A stretch of 64,000 bases of DNA from assembly GCF_003918875.1 (NCBI RefSeq), contig NW_025767401.1, forward strand, positions 434,001-498,000, written 5' to 3'. Source of the stretch: Haliotis rubra. Its lineage: Eukaryota. Within the stretch, counting starts at the first letter, position 1, and each line of letters starts with the position of its first letter. Of this stretch, positions 25,401 to 35,765 are shown in pieces. The translations under genes were made by a program, and so were the position numbers. The notes below the pieces were generated by a model. It saw nothing but the letters and a program-made list of their open reading frames with translations, had not been told where the DNA came from and ran no database searches.

Positions 25401-28400
25401 GCGTCTTGCACTCCGGCTCTGCTAAGTAGGTGCCTCCGCAAACATTCGATCTCTGAGTCCACCATAGTAGATATGGTTTTAGTCTGTCCGGGAGTCCGAA
25501 GGGGTCCGAATCACTAGGTGTGCATTTACAAAGACCTGTAGTGGGCGTAGTTGTAATCTCCATCTGCGCGTCATATCCTGTGCTGACGTGAGGAGACCCA
25601 ACAGACTCTGCCACTGTCGGAGTGGCCACGGAGAGAGTAGAGCTTGCGATACCATCTGTTGTATCTTTAGCCAACGGTCCTCTGGTACTGTTATGCGGTT
25701 TTCTGTTGTGATGAGCCGAATTCCTAGGAACTGCAGGTCCTGTGTAGGCTCTAGTTCCGACTTGAGGAGATTCACTAGCCACCCTAGTTGAGTGAGAAGC
25801 CTGATGGTAAAGTCCAGCTGTAGTCTGAGATGACTGGGATCTTGATGAGCCTGAATCCCATCGTCTAGGTAGAACGCACTGCGTAGACCTCGATGATGTA
25901 GGTATGTGACTATGGGCTTCGTCACTCTTGTAAACAACCAGGTGGCCGATGATATTCCAAATGGCAGGACTTTCCATTGGTAGTGTCGTCCGTCTAGTAG
26001 GAATCTGAGGTACTTCCTTGATTCCGGATGTATAGGAATGTGCAGGTGTGCGTCCTGTAAATCTATGCTGGCCATATGGTCCAACGGACGGACGAGATGT
26101 AGTAGTTGAGGCAAATGAATCATGTTGAACTTTGCTGGTTTGCGTAGATAATCTCTGTTGAATGTCCTCATGTTGTAAATTAGACGGAACTTTTCTTTGG
26201 AGTTTTTCTTTGGTACGAGGAAAACTGGGGAGTAGAATCCTGGTGAGATCTGGTCCTGATCTATCACCTCTATAGCGTCCTTCTCTAGTAGAGATGTGAC
26301 CGCTTCTTGCAGCCTCTCTGTCCGATGGGTTGCAAAGTTGAACCTCTGAGGTGCGTTTGTTAATGGAGGGACTGTTTGTAGTTGTATATGATATCCGTCT
26401 CTTAGGATGTTGGATACAAATTGATCTTGAAGAATTCCCCAGTTCTCCCAGTAGCGTTGTAGACGTCCACCCACTTGGGAAGGTTGAACAGGAACGGCTG
26501 GGGGTGGAAGACTCCAGTCGTTCCGAACCTGTCCTTCATCGTCTAAAGCCTCTGGCACCTCAAGATGGGCGACAAAAAGAATCCTTTCCTCCATTGGAGG
26601 TTCCCATTTTCTTTTCTCTTGCTTTCTGGATGCCTGCAAATTTAGATTTGCCAGAGTAGCGTTGGGACGTCTGCCTGATGACACTGGCTAGTGTATCAAT
26701 GGACTTAATCATCATGACTTCCTGGATTCCTTTGTGACTTCCTTGGCAACCTCGTCAATCTCCCCTGCGAAGATGGATGTTGTAGACCATGGAGCTCTGT
26801 ATAGAGTCTTAGTGAAGGTTCACTCCAGTTACATGAAGACAATAGTCCTTGTCTTCTGGCGAGCGTCAATGCTGCTGATATGGATGATAAATGCTCTGAA
26901 ATAAATTGGTGGTCCTTTTTCTGCGTTAGTAGGGCAGAATAAATCATCCGGTCTTCCTCTGCAGTAGAGTTCCTGAACTTGGAGATGAGCGTTTCATTAA
27001 TTGCCCTGGATCTGTTAAGTCCGAAGAACATCCTTCTGGTCATAGTGTCTATCTGTGCCAGCTTTTTGTCATCAATCTTGTAAGATTTGGTCCGGGAGTC
27101 GTTGATGATTTTATAGTTCTCATCTATTTCTTGTGCCTTCATAAAGGGATCCATGTTATGTAGTGAGAACTTCTTTGCGTTGAACTGTGGGATATTAGGA
27201 GACTGGAACTTAGTTGCCTTTCTGAAGGCTGCGTCCAGGTCCTCTGGTACGTCCGAGACCGGGTCAATTGGAGGTAGAGTGATAGTGTCCTTCATTAGGT
27301 ACGTAAATGCTTCATTCTCTTCCTTAGAGGGTGACGCTAGGTCCAGTCCATTAGCCTTCCAATATTTCATCTCTGAGTCCGAAAATATGATACCGCCATC
27401 GTCCTCTGTATCATGTCCACTGGTATATGATCGTTGAATATCCTTCGTGCATGGAGATCTGCGTGGCGATCTACGTGGCGATCTGTGTGGAGATGAGTAT
27501 GTTGAACTACATGTAGTTCTAAGAGGAGATCTGTATGGCGACCTGCATGGAGGTGAGCGTCTTCTAGGCCGGGATCGCCTTCCTGGCAATATATTTCTAA
27601 GTGGTGAATCCCGTGACGACCTGCGTGGTGTTGTTGATGCCCTTGAAGATAATTCAGACGACCTTCGCGCAGGTGAGAGGTTTTGTTGAGGGTCTGAGTC
27701 CCGAGACGTCTCTCTAAACCTTCTAGGAGGTGTAGGTTTCTTTCTTTGTGAAGTGGGTAGCCTGCGTGAAGGTTCTTCATTAGCCTCATCATCTGATGAC
27801 GATCTATTTGGTTCTGAAGAGCGTGCCCTCCTTCGCACAGGTTTGCTGACGTCATGTTGTGTAGGTCTGCTCTTAGTCCTAGAGCTAGATCCTCTGGTAG
27901 GCCTCTCAGATGTATCATCAGTGTGGGGTCCTTTGTGCAGCACTGGATCCTCTCTGAGGTTGATGACTTGGGCATGAGAGCCGCCTGGCTGTCCATCATG
28001 TAAGGTTCTTTCCTGCGTGAAGCGCTTCTCCATCATTTCCATCATTTGTTGAGAGAATTGCTGCATGAAGGCCCCGGGGGGTTGAATGTCTGCGACGACT
28101 GTAGTGATGTCGTATCTGAGAGGGTAGCGATATGGTCCAGGGATCGCTGTGCCTCATGGATCTCTGCTGTCAGTGTAGAAGGTAACTCGGACTGCGTAGA
28201 GAGGGTTGCTGACGTTACCGTTGCTGAGGCCTGTGTCCTTTTCTTATGCAGTATCTCTGGGATGATTAACAACGGCTCATCATATAAGCCTCTCTCTTCC
28301 ATCGGGACGATTTCAGCAGAAAAAGTCCTTGTAGTCTGTGAAGAACTCCCAGTAGAGCCAAACGGAGAGGGAGACAACTTGTGGTGAGTAGTGATTTTAC

Positions 28401-31400
28401 GTCTGCTTTTTTGAAGGGAGCTTCAAAAAAGGAGATACAAGTGTTCCACTAACGTTCGGGAAAGGAAGGAGACAAGCAATAATACATGAGTCAGGATAAG
28501 GAAAAATGTATATATCATTTCAAGAACCTTAATATTGGGTGTCAATTTTTGGACAGTTTTCATCAACACTGCAAAGCTTAATAGAACATACCCATATGAA
28601 CTAGTTTGTGCCGCCGGAGACTCTCATTGCTACGGTAACTCTTGCCACACCCTTCATAATCACATGCAAATGGCCTGGCTGTTGTGTGGGTCCACATGTG
28701 CACTTTCAGATTTCCTGGAAATAGAAAGCACTATGTATGTAAACAAGAACACATTATTAAACATCAATATTTTTATTTGAACACAGATAAGGAATGCTTA
28801 TGAAAGCAGCCCTGATCTTTGCTTTGGTTTCAGTCAAGTAAAAGTCATTGTCACCCTTGTAGTGCTTACCTTTCTGAGTGAAGGTCTTGCCACATCGAGG
28901 ACACTTGAAACCTGTAGAAGTTCGGATGATTCTCCCTAGAGCCTCAATACTGTCCTCTTTGACATCAGGCGCGCTGGAACAAAGACACATTCTTCTAAAC
29001 TTTGTGCATTATAGATACATGTAGATATAAAGTTTCAAGCACACAGAGAGGTAACCATGAAAATCTGACAATGACATAACCAGATTTAAAAGAAAACAAA
29101 TGAAAACCTTTTCAAAGCTGGACCCCTTCAAGAAAATGATACTTGAAAATGTCTTGAGAAAGAGTATCGAGGAATCCTTTCCTTTTATTCTATCCTGTAC
29201 ACTTGATTCCAGAAGAATTTACTAGGGGACCACATAAAAGAAATTCACGGAAGAATAATTTCTGATGTCGATAATCTTTGTGAAATAGTTATTTGAAAAC
29301 ACACCAGTGCCTGTCAAAATCTGAAAGCTGTCCCATTTCACAACACAGCAAAAACATTGATGTGTGGATGCAACTGGTGATGTTATGAAACAGCACTTGA
29401 ATGTAGTAATTCTTTTTCAGATATAAAACTACATTTGACCTGCATCTAATATGAATGACACTTTCACCTGAATTGAAGACAACACAAACCTACCTGGTGG
29501 AAGATCACTTGCAGTCTTCCTGGGCCTCCCTGCACAACAAAATGTTGGTCAGTAGGCATATCTGGCATGATATGGTCAAAAGTTCTTTTGACTATGTTAT
29601 GATACAAATACATTTTATATAAAAACATAATTCAAATGATACACATTTAACGTTTATGAGATTTTCTTTCACCATAAAAAACAAACAAAATGTTACCTAA
29701 AATATCATTCTTATGATTTCATGATATTTAATTATTTGGATGTGTCTAAAGTCTTTGGGAGTGAGTCATTTTTATTTTGTTTTTTGCATCCTACAGCATG
29801 GTGCCCTGTAACTATTGACTCCGAGTCCAGCAAGTGGTTGACTGCACGAGCATCAATCAGCCAGACCTGACATTGCAGCCTCCTTATCTTCCTGGAGGTC
29901 CTTTCACAAAGCACTAAGGTTATCGTAAGTCACTAAGGTAACCTTAGTGCAATGTTAAAGAATGGGAGTTAAGGTTAATCTTAGTAAAGGTTGCTTCTTG
30001 AAAGGAGTCCCTGGTCACAAAATATATCACTCATCTACCCTGACCTCCATGTAACCTGCATAGTACCACTGCCTCAAGCCAATATCGGTTTCCCCACATC
30101 TTAAAAAATCCATTCGAGATATTGCATGATTTTCATCTCTTTCAGTTTTGATGAGTCCACACATCCAGATAAATATCTGTGATGGATATGTTAAACTTTC
30201 ATTTAGAAAATATCCTAAAGCGCGAAACAATATTTCCTTTTGCATAGCTATCCTTTGTTTACACTGGCTGTATGGCTCCATGTGGTGTCACTGAAGCTCT
30301 ACAGAGAGCAAGCTATACAGTCGCTTTCATGTATAAATATTGAATATCATGCACTTCGCTGTCACAGTCATCGTAACATATCTATCATTATACAAAACAA
30401 CATTTAGAGCACATCCACAGGAATCTATATATTTCGGGTGAACGGACATTACCCCTTTTGCCTGTTGACTTTTTCTTGACTGGAACCAGCTCTGTTTCTG
30501 GATCAAAGTCAGAGTCATCTGTGTCCTCATCAATGTTGACAGGATTCTTGAAGTCTCTGCAAACACCAGAACCACCTACAGTGCGTGAGTTCAGTTTTAC
30601 ACTGCTTTTAGCTATATTCCAGCAATATCATGGCAGGGCACACCAGAAATAGGCTTCAGAATCATCTACAGAGTATGCAGATATCTCATGAGTAAGTGAA
30701 CATTCTTTTACAAATAATCAGCATTAATGCTTTACATCATAGCAACCTGCAAAAACAGCCCGTGTCTCTTTCCTCAGAGCAATCTTTGTGATAGGACACC
30801 CTTACCTTCCCTAAACAAAGACTTATGATATTATGATAGCCTTCGATGATTTTGTGGACCAGACAATTCAGTTCAAGATTATCTTAATTCAGATAAGACA
30901 CTAATCCATACCTGAACTTAGCTGGGATGATCCTCTGTCTAGCTGGCAGTTTACCTGACCTTCGTTCTATGTCATAGTCATTAGCCTGCACCCCAACCTC
31001 CATGAGGACACGGTAGCTATTTTGGGGGTCAGTTGGTAAAATTGTGACCTCATCTTCATCTTCTCTCTCAGTCAACAACTCCTCAATATCATGGGTCTCT
31101 TCACTAGTCAGCTCCATGGTCTCATGACACATGGTGGCTGAAGTCTCAGTACCAACCTCAGCTGTTTGGATGCAAGTGCTCTGAGTTGTCTCCCCTTCCA
31201 TGTGCTGCACCGGAGCAGCCTCTGAAATAGTTACATAATACACCTATGTACCTATTTAGGGGCATGACACAATGGGTATTGAACATTAGTATGAAAGATT
31301 CCTTTGTTACAATAATGATTAGACTAAGGCTGACACAAGGGAACAGACGGGACAGGCACAATACATGATAAACATGGTACAGAATAGTGGTGTTCCGATT

Positions 31401-34226
31401 AATTGAAATAATCAAAGATTGATCGCAGTGACCAAACGACCAAGCAATCGATCACATTTTCTCATAATCGAACACAAACGATTTTGGAACTACTGTTTTA
31501 GTCTTTGAAATACTTGACAATGGAACATATCGTTGAAGTGTCAGGGCATGAAAACGTGTTTAATTCTTAGAAAACTCACTTCACTAACTGAAAAGCCATG
31601 ACTGAATATTTCTTGAAGACTCCGGGAAGTTTCTGTTCATGATATATTAGTCATCACTTTAAAGTAGCAAGTTGCATCATGTCATACATATCTGCAATAA
31701 CAACCTGGATAGGAAATCTGAAAAAATGGCGCTAACCAATTTTTTTCGATGATTGTTCGTTGGTAATGAAACAATCAATTGTGAGATTTCAACCAATTCC
31801 CAACACTACTATACACACGATCAATACAGCAATATACGTCTCTAAACACACAACCAACACATCAATATACGTCTCTGTACACACAACCAACACATCAATA
31901 TACCTCTCTATACACACAACCAACACATCCGTATACCTGTACCTCTCTATACACACAACCAACACATCAATATACCTCTCTATACACACAACCAACACAT
32001 CAATATACCTCTCTATACACACAACCAACACATCAATATACGTCTCTATACACACAACCAACACATCAATATACATCTCTGTACACACAACCAACACAGC
32101 CGTATACCTGTACCTCTCTATACACACAACCAACACATCAATATACGTCTCTATACACACAACCAACACATCAATATACGTCTCTGTACACACAGAACAC
32201 TTAATTTTCAGGAATATGATCCAAGTCCTTGTTACAGGATACAATCCAAAGTGCATGCTATTAAACAGATTACAATATAATGCAGAACTGACAGAAAATG
32301 GTAGCAGTTTCACTGAATCTAGTCTTCTTAGAAATCTTCTTCAATGTTCACTACGGAAAACTTAAACCATACATATTTGGAAATGATGGGATTAATAAGA
32401 AATAGGTAATTAGATCTATTTTATCAATATTTCATAACTTGTTGCCAGTAGATATTGGCATCCCACAGCACACAAAGGTACTCTTTACCAAACTAACTGT
32501 AGCCCCCATTGTGGTATATATAACAGCAGACAATAAGCATGTGTAATAGGATACTGTCACCTATCAATGTGTTTAGTCATAGTACCTTGAGATAATGCTG
32601 TCTCCATCTGTCTGGTGTCTTCATTGTCACATTCAATGATTTTATCATCTGTGGTCCCAGGTTCTGATTTTACAGTAGAGGTTGATTCTAAAACTTCTGA
32701 AACCATACATTTGAGGCACTGGCTACTAGTCGTAGATCATACAATTTCTATTTTCATCTTCCTTTGTATAATTTAATCAGATTATAAACAGCACAAAGTC
32801 AAAATATTACCTTACAGCAGTGTATGAAATAAGCCAAAAATCCAGCCAGACATCAGGGCTGGTAACTTCAAAATGTTACCAGCCCAAAATGGATTTAACC
32901 AGACCAAATATTGTGAATTTACCCAGATGTATGGAACATCTACATTTTTTTACCAGACCATCGGGCTGTCTAGCTGTAACTTTAGACCATCCATCAGAAA
33001 TCTAGACCGTCTCGGGCGGTCGGACGGGCCTTATTTCATACACTGCTTACAGTTATGACCTGTATTTACTATTTATAACCAATTATTTGCACACAAAGTC
33101 AGCAACCTTAACTACAATATTCAGTTACCACTTACCATCACTGAAGTGTGAGTGAGTTTTGTTTTCCCCGCACTCAGCAATATTCTAGCTAAATGGCGGT
33201 AGTCTGTAAATAATCGGTCTGGAACAGACAATCCAGTGATCAGTGAGCATCGATCTACACAAATGGGATACAATGACACGTGTCAACCAAGTTAGCAAGT
33301 CTGACCACCTGATCCTGTTAATCGCCTGTTACACAAAGCATGGGTTACTGAAGATCAATTCTAACTGGTACTGGGAAATTCTCACTGGGGAGGCTGCAGT
33401 GGCTAAGGTTTCTGAGTTTGTGTGCTTGCGATTAGGTGCCCTTCATTTCGATCAACTTTGTATGAACTGATTGCGTTTGAATCAAGAGTTTGGGTCATAT
33501 CAATTTTGGGCTGCCAAGGTGTCATAGGAAGTGAATATTGCGTATGCATTTGGCTGAATCATTTACAGACTGGTACAGATTTCTCAATTACTTGGTGACC
33601 ACTTCACACACATACACACTGTTCTCATAAACACAGGGGTACTGTTGAATTGCAGTTACCATCGTCTTCCATTTACTATCATCTATGCAAAACATTGAGT
33701 TACAGCCTACAACTTAAACAATGAGCACGATAAACAACAATACTCCCATATTTATTCAAATACTTCAGCGTGCTAATAACATGTACTAAACTGGCCAACT
33801 CGCCGGTCACCCGGGGAATCTGCCCTGTTTATTACTGAAACCATAAGCAAGTCCGTACAGCTTTTTTGTTGGTTTGTATAATTAGACTCTTGATTTGAGT
33901 TACTCTTGAATCTCATTCGTGAAATTCAGAGAAAACAAGATGGTGATTTGTGTACAAACACGGTGGTTTTTATGTATATTATCTGTGTTGACAAGACAAT
34001 TTTGCACTGATTCAAGGGGCATGTTCCTTGCAGCAAACACGAACACCTGCCACACAGTTCATGCAAAAATATAGTTTAAATTTAGATTGGGCTCCTTACC
34101 AGATGGGACCATTATTATCATCACACACGAGAAATGGAATCAGAACGTTTATAGCCTTACAAAAAACTTATACAGACAAAGCTGACTAAGTAAAATATTA
34201 CCACGAAGATCGCAAGGGGCCGCCAT
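13411..34226 (-). CDS. AT-hook plus 8x C2H2 zinc-finger transcription factor; exons 34226-34202, (33672-33660 possible), 32696-32586, 31221-30912, 30556-30453, 29529-29494, 28911(or 28973)-28870, 28714-28592, 15919-15668, 14744-14661, 14477-13411
   Basis: GT-AG junctions are phase-compatible. KRG|RPRK AT-hook. Fingers: CPRC..HMWTH, CDYEGC..HKLVH, CADC, CEVC, CQIC, CDKC, CEVC, CSLC, with TGERPF/TGVKPY-type linkers. Acidic C-terminal region. The first exons and the acceptor of the 28870 exon are uncertain. Confidence 0.85.
15408..15630 (+). mobile_element. Non-tRNA-head SINE-like repeat (gaagatccgggttagaattggtcttcag family)
   Basis: Homologous to copies at 33146, 34703, 35563, 38727, 46028 and 51784. 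Confidence 0.75.
16476..16558. repeat. Internal complementary region (ICR) of DIRS A
   Basis: 16476-16526 is the exact 51-bp reverse complement of the 3' terminus (16162-16212). 16528-16558 is complementary to the 5' terminus (~22776-22804). Confidence 0.92.
17302..18386 (-). CDS. DIRS A tyrosine recombinase (frameshifted)
   Basis: [11 protein letters not shown] (catalytic R), [22 protein letters not shown] (HxxR), GCFW and SHYL (Y), split over ORFs 17454-18386 and 17302-17577. Confidence 0.9.
18500..20462 (-). CDS. DIRS A pol: RT, RNase H and MT-like remnant (frameshifted)
   Basis: [79 protein letters not shown]. Confidence 0.9.
20371..22567 (-). CDS. DIRS A ORF1/gag with N-terminal Cys-rich finger and Ser/Pro/Arg repeats (disrupted)
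   Basis: CARC...HTSCVDC..C....RCPKC at the N-terminus. A stop at 21911-21913 lies within the 18-bp repeat, and the ORF continues in ORF 20371-21681. Confidence 0.8.
21772..21970. repeat. 18-bp tandem repeat (ggtgagccggttcggcag-like), ~11 copies, encoding R(T/A)GS(P/H)x in gag A
   Basis: Direct periodicity in the sequence. Confidence 0.9.
23057..23141. repeat. ICR of DIRS B
   Basis: 23057-23100 is complementary to the 3' terminus (22810-22845). 23101-23141 is complementary to the 5' terminus (28472-28510). Confidence 0.9.
23549..25465 (-). CDS. DIRS B tyrosine recombinase (open ORF overlapping pol in another frame)
   Basis: SAM-like N-terminal part (LYDDKWRSF), [41 protein letters not shown]. 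Confidence 0.93.
   Translation of the reverse strand: MVDSEIECLRRHLLSRAGVQDASLCGRISPRMGSTPRQRSVSWEMDITRERSAHQHARNESSDKCHTPLDQHFKECSSNGTHGQLHSGVLHKQTRINKVGEPSEPLLSSVQHNRQSEHPHKSMPHSRSQECDSRRTISSNSAIPNRMDATSRNLQTDYTRDRSATNRLVCHKIKQSTGNIHLSNTRSTSMGNRCSKHLLGRTKRLRVPATSSNTESVAENHADEEPATDFDRALLASENMVPHSHTRTRTASTATTRVDELASTSTHKASTQQPRGVPPTRSERIKACLNKRGYSARAAKAVTLALRKSTRNLYDDKWRSFETYALKTGFTAMKATHPQVADYLCHLRQTKRLKGSTLSTYLAALSSVITMRTSVKLTKVPELLALLRSFKLEDQQQRFKAPAWDLNIVLRHLTSDAYEPLDRTSFEFLTQKILFLIALATAARMSEIHALDFERTRFDENRNIVHMGLRWDFIAKNQLPGQPDRQFHIPALSSVLGPQDTQDLSLCPVRALKVYLQRSRTRRRKFKRLFIPISAETQTEISRTTISIWMRTVILRAYKAAGLDPPRASNPHEIRALASTLALHGNCSITTIMEGCFWKLDMVFANHYLRDIATEDVSGIHHFGPLVVAQQLTVPQRR
24598..26684 (-). 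CDS. DIRS B pol: RT, RNase H and DNA adenine-methyltransferase-like domain (one frameshift ~25490)
   Basis: [92 protein letters not shown]. Confidence 0.92.
26705..28377 (-). CDS. DIRS B ORF1/gag (Ser/Arg/Pro-rich, frameshifted ~28050)
   Basis: Lies between the 5' LTR and pol. Contains SPRRSP repeats. The helical C-terminal part ([19 protein letters not shown]) resembles gag A ([19 protein letters not shown]). Confidence 0.75.
31820..32192. repeat. 33-bp intronic minisatellite (tacacacaaccaacacatcaatatacctctcta), ~11 copies
   Basis: Direct periodicity. It generates spurious 11-aa-repeat ORFs on both strands. Confidence 0.92.
32818..33045. mobile_element. hAT-like MITE
   Basis: TIRs cagtgtatgaaataag / cttatttcatacactg, flanked by duplicated cttacag. 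Confidence 0.75.
33146..33366 (-). mobile_element. Non-tRNA-head SINE-like repeat copy
   Basis: Reverse complement of the 46028 family. Confidence 0.7.
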
Positions 34227-34272
34227 CTTTACTGACATCCCCGGATGTAGCGCCTGTTCAAGCTAGCCAATC
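34218..34272 (-). promoter_or_regulatory. Promoter/start region of the zinc-finger gene (YY1-like AAGATGGCGGC over the ATG; CCAAT box ~34267)
   Basis: The minus strand reads AAGATGGCGGCC at the predicted ATG, followed by a GTAATA donor at 34201. GCCAATCA lies ~40 bp upstream. Confidence 0.5.
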
Positions 34273-34702
34273 ACAGTTTCGCATTTATCTCATTACGGCG
34301 GACGCTAAGTCGAGGTGGTTTGTGGCAGGAGTAGTTATATATTGTTCCTCTATCGCAAAGTCAGCACCTTTAAAAACTATATACGATACAGATGCATTAT
34401 ACCGGGTACCTGCCTGCCATATCTAATTAGGTCACGTGATGCGAGCGCGGAAAGGTGAAATAATATAAAACTGAGATGAAAATAACCCTAACCTCTAAAC
34501 AGAATTACAGTCGTTGAAGGTTGTTTCCATCGATCCTATGACAGCTATAGTCATCATTTAGGTGTCTGTCTCTTAGAACCCCAGAAAAGGCAGAGATCAC
34601 GCATATTTATAATTTTAGGTCTCTGAAAAAAAAGCATCATGTCTCAAACAGCCAAGTCAAATGAAGCTGAATATGCAGACGATAATATTTATTATCTTTG
34701 AG

Positions 34703-35054
34703 ACCAGTGAAGGTCCGGGTTAGAATGAATCTTTGAACAGTAACCCATGCCTGTCGTAAGAGGCGACTAACGGGATCGGGTGGTCGGTATATAATATTTA
34801 TTATCTTTGAGACCAGTGAAGGTCCGGGTTAGAATGAATCTTTGAACAGTAACCCATGCCTGTCGTAAGAGGCGACTAACGGGATCGGGTGGTCAGGATC
34901 GCTGGCTTGGTTGACACATGTCATGGGTTCCCAGTTGCGCAGATCGATGCTCATGCTGTTAATCACTAGATTTTCTGGTCCAAACTCGATTATTTACAGC
35001 CATATAGCTGGAATATTGCTGACTGCGGCGTAAAACTAAACTCACTCACTCACT
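34703..35054 (+). mobile_element. Non-tRNA-head SINE-like repeat with TSD and duplicated 5' part
   Basis: TSD-like tattatctttga on both sides, a (CACT)n tail, and a 109-bp tandem duplication at 34682/34791. Confidence 0.8.
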
Positions 35055-35085
35055 ATTATCTTTGAAGTTTCGACTTTCGTATATA

Positions 35086-35437
35086 GACCGCCTCCGTGGT
35101 GTAGTGGTTTTTGAGCGTCCGCCCGGAAAGCGGAAGGTCGCGGGTTCGATCCCCGGCCGCGTCATACCAAAAGACGTTAAAATATGGTACTTGTTGGTCC
35201 CTGCCTGGCGCTCGGCATTAATGGGTACAACAAGTACTGGTCGGCTCGGAGTCAGTATAATGTGTCTGAGTGGGGTATTCATGTTTCACTGCGGCATGGT
35301 ATCTCAGTTGGCTAGCACTATGAAATCAGTTGATGTCTGGGCTAGTACAAGCAGCCGCACATACACACGCACGCACGTCGTCCTATGAGCGAAATATTCT
35401 CAAGCACGACGTTAAATCTAATTTCACCTCACCTCAC
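35086..35437 (+). mobile_element. tRNA-derived SINE with Meta-like central domain
   Basis: A box tggtgtagtgg and B box ggttcgatccc. The central gtcataccaaaagacgttaaaatatggtacttg resembles the MetaSINE domain (from memory). 15-bp TSD ttcgactttcgtata at 35069-35083 and 35438-35452. Confidence 0.85.
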
Positions 35438-35562
35438 TTCGACTTTCGTATAAATGAACATCACCAGCGACAGCCTGCTTGCTATTGTTATGTGTACCCT
35501 ATGTTATTATACCTAAGAGACGAGTGTACCGACAGTGGCCATTTATTGGCAGATGTATGTTA

Positions 35563-35765
35563 GGGATAGAATATTGGTCTTCAGCATCCCATGCTTTTCG
35601 TAAGAGGCGACTAACGGGATCTGGTGGTCAGGTTCGCTGACTTGGTTGGTCAACACATGTCGATGCTGATGATGTTGATCACTGGAGTGTCTGGTCCAGA
35701 GTAGATTATTTACAGACCGCCGCCATGTAGCTGGAATATTGCTGAGTGCGGCATCAAACAGCAAA
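35563..35765 (+). mobile_element. Non-tRNA-head SINE-like repeat copy
   Basis: Homology to the 46028 family. Confidence 0.7.

Larger units (their letters stand above)
22809..28510 (-). mobile_element. DIRS1-group tyrosine-recombinase retrotransposon, element B (different family, full length)
   Basis: Inverted LTRs at ~22829-22960 and ~28357-28500, ICR at 23057-23141, and gag, RT-RNaseH-MT and YR ORFs on the minus strand. Confidence 0.95.

Noticed and set aside
31760-32365. 201-aa and 174-aa repeat ORFs on both strands
   Set aside because: By-products of a stop-free 33-bp intronic minisatellite. There are no unique spacers, so it is not CRISPR-like either.
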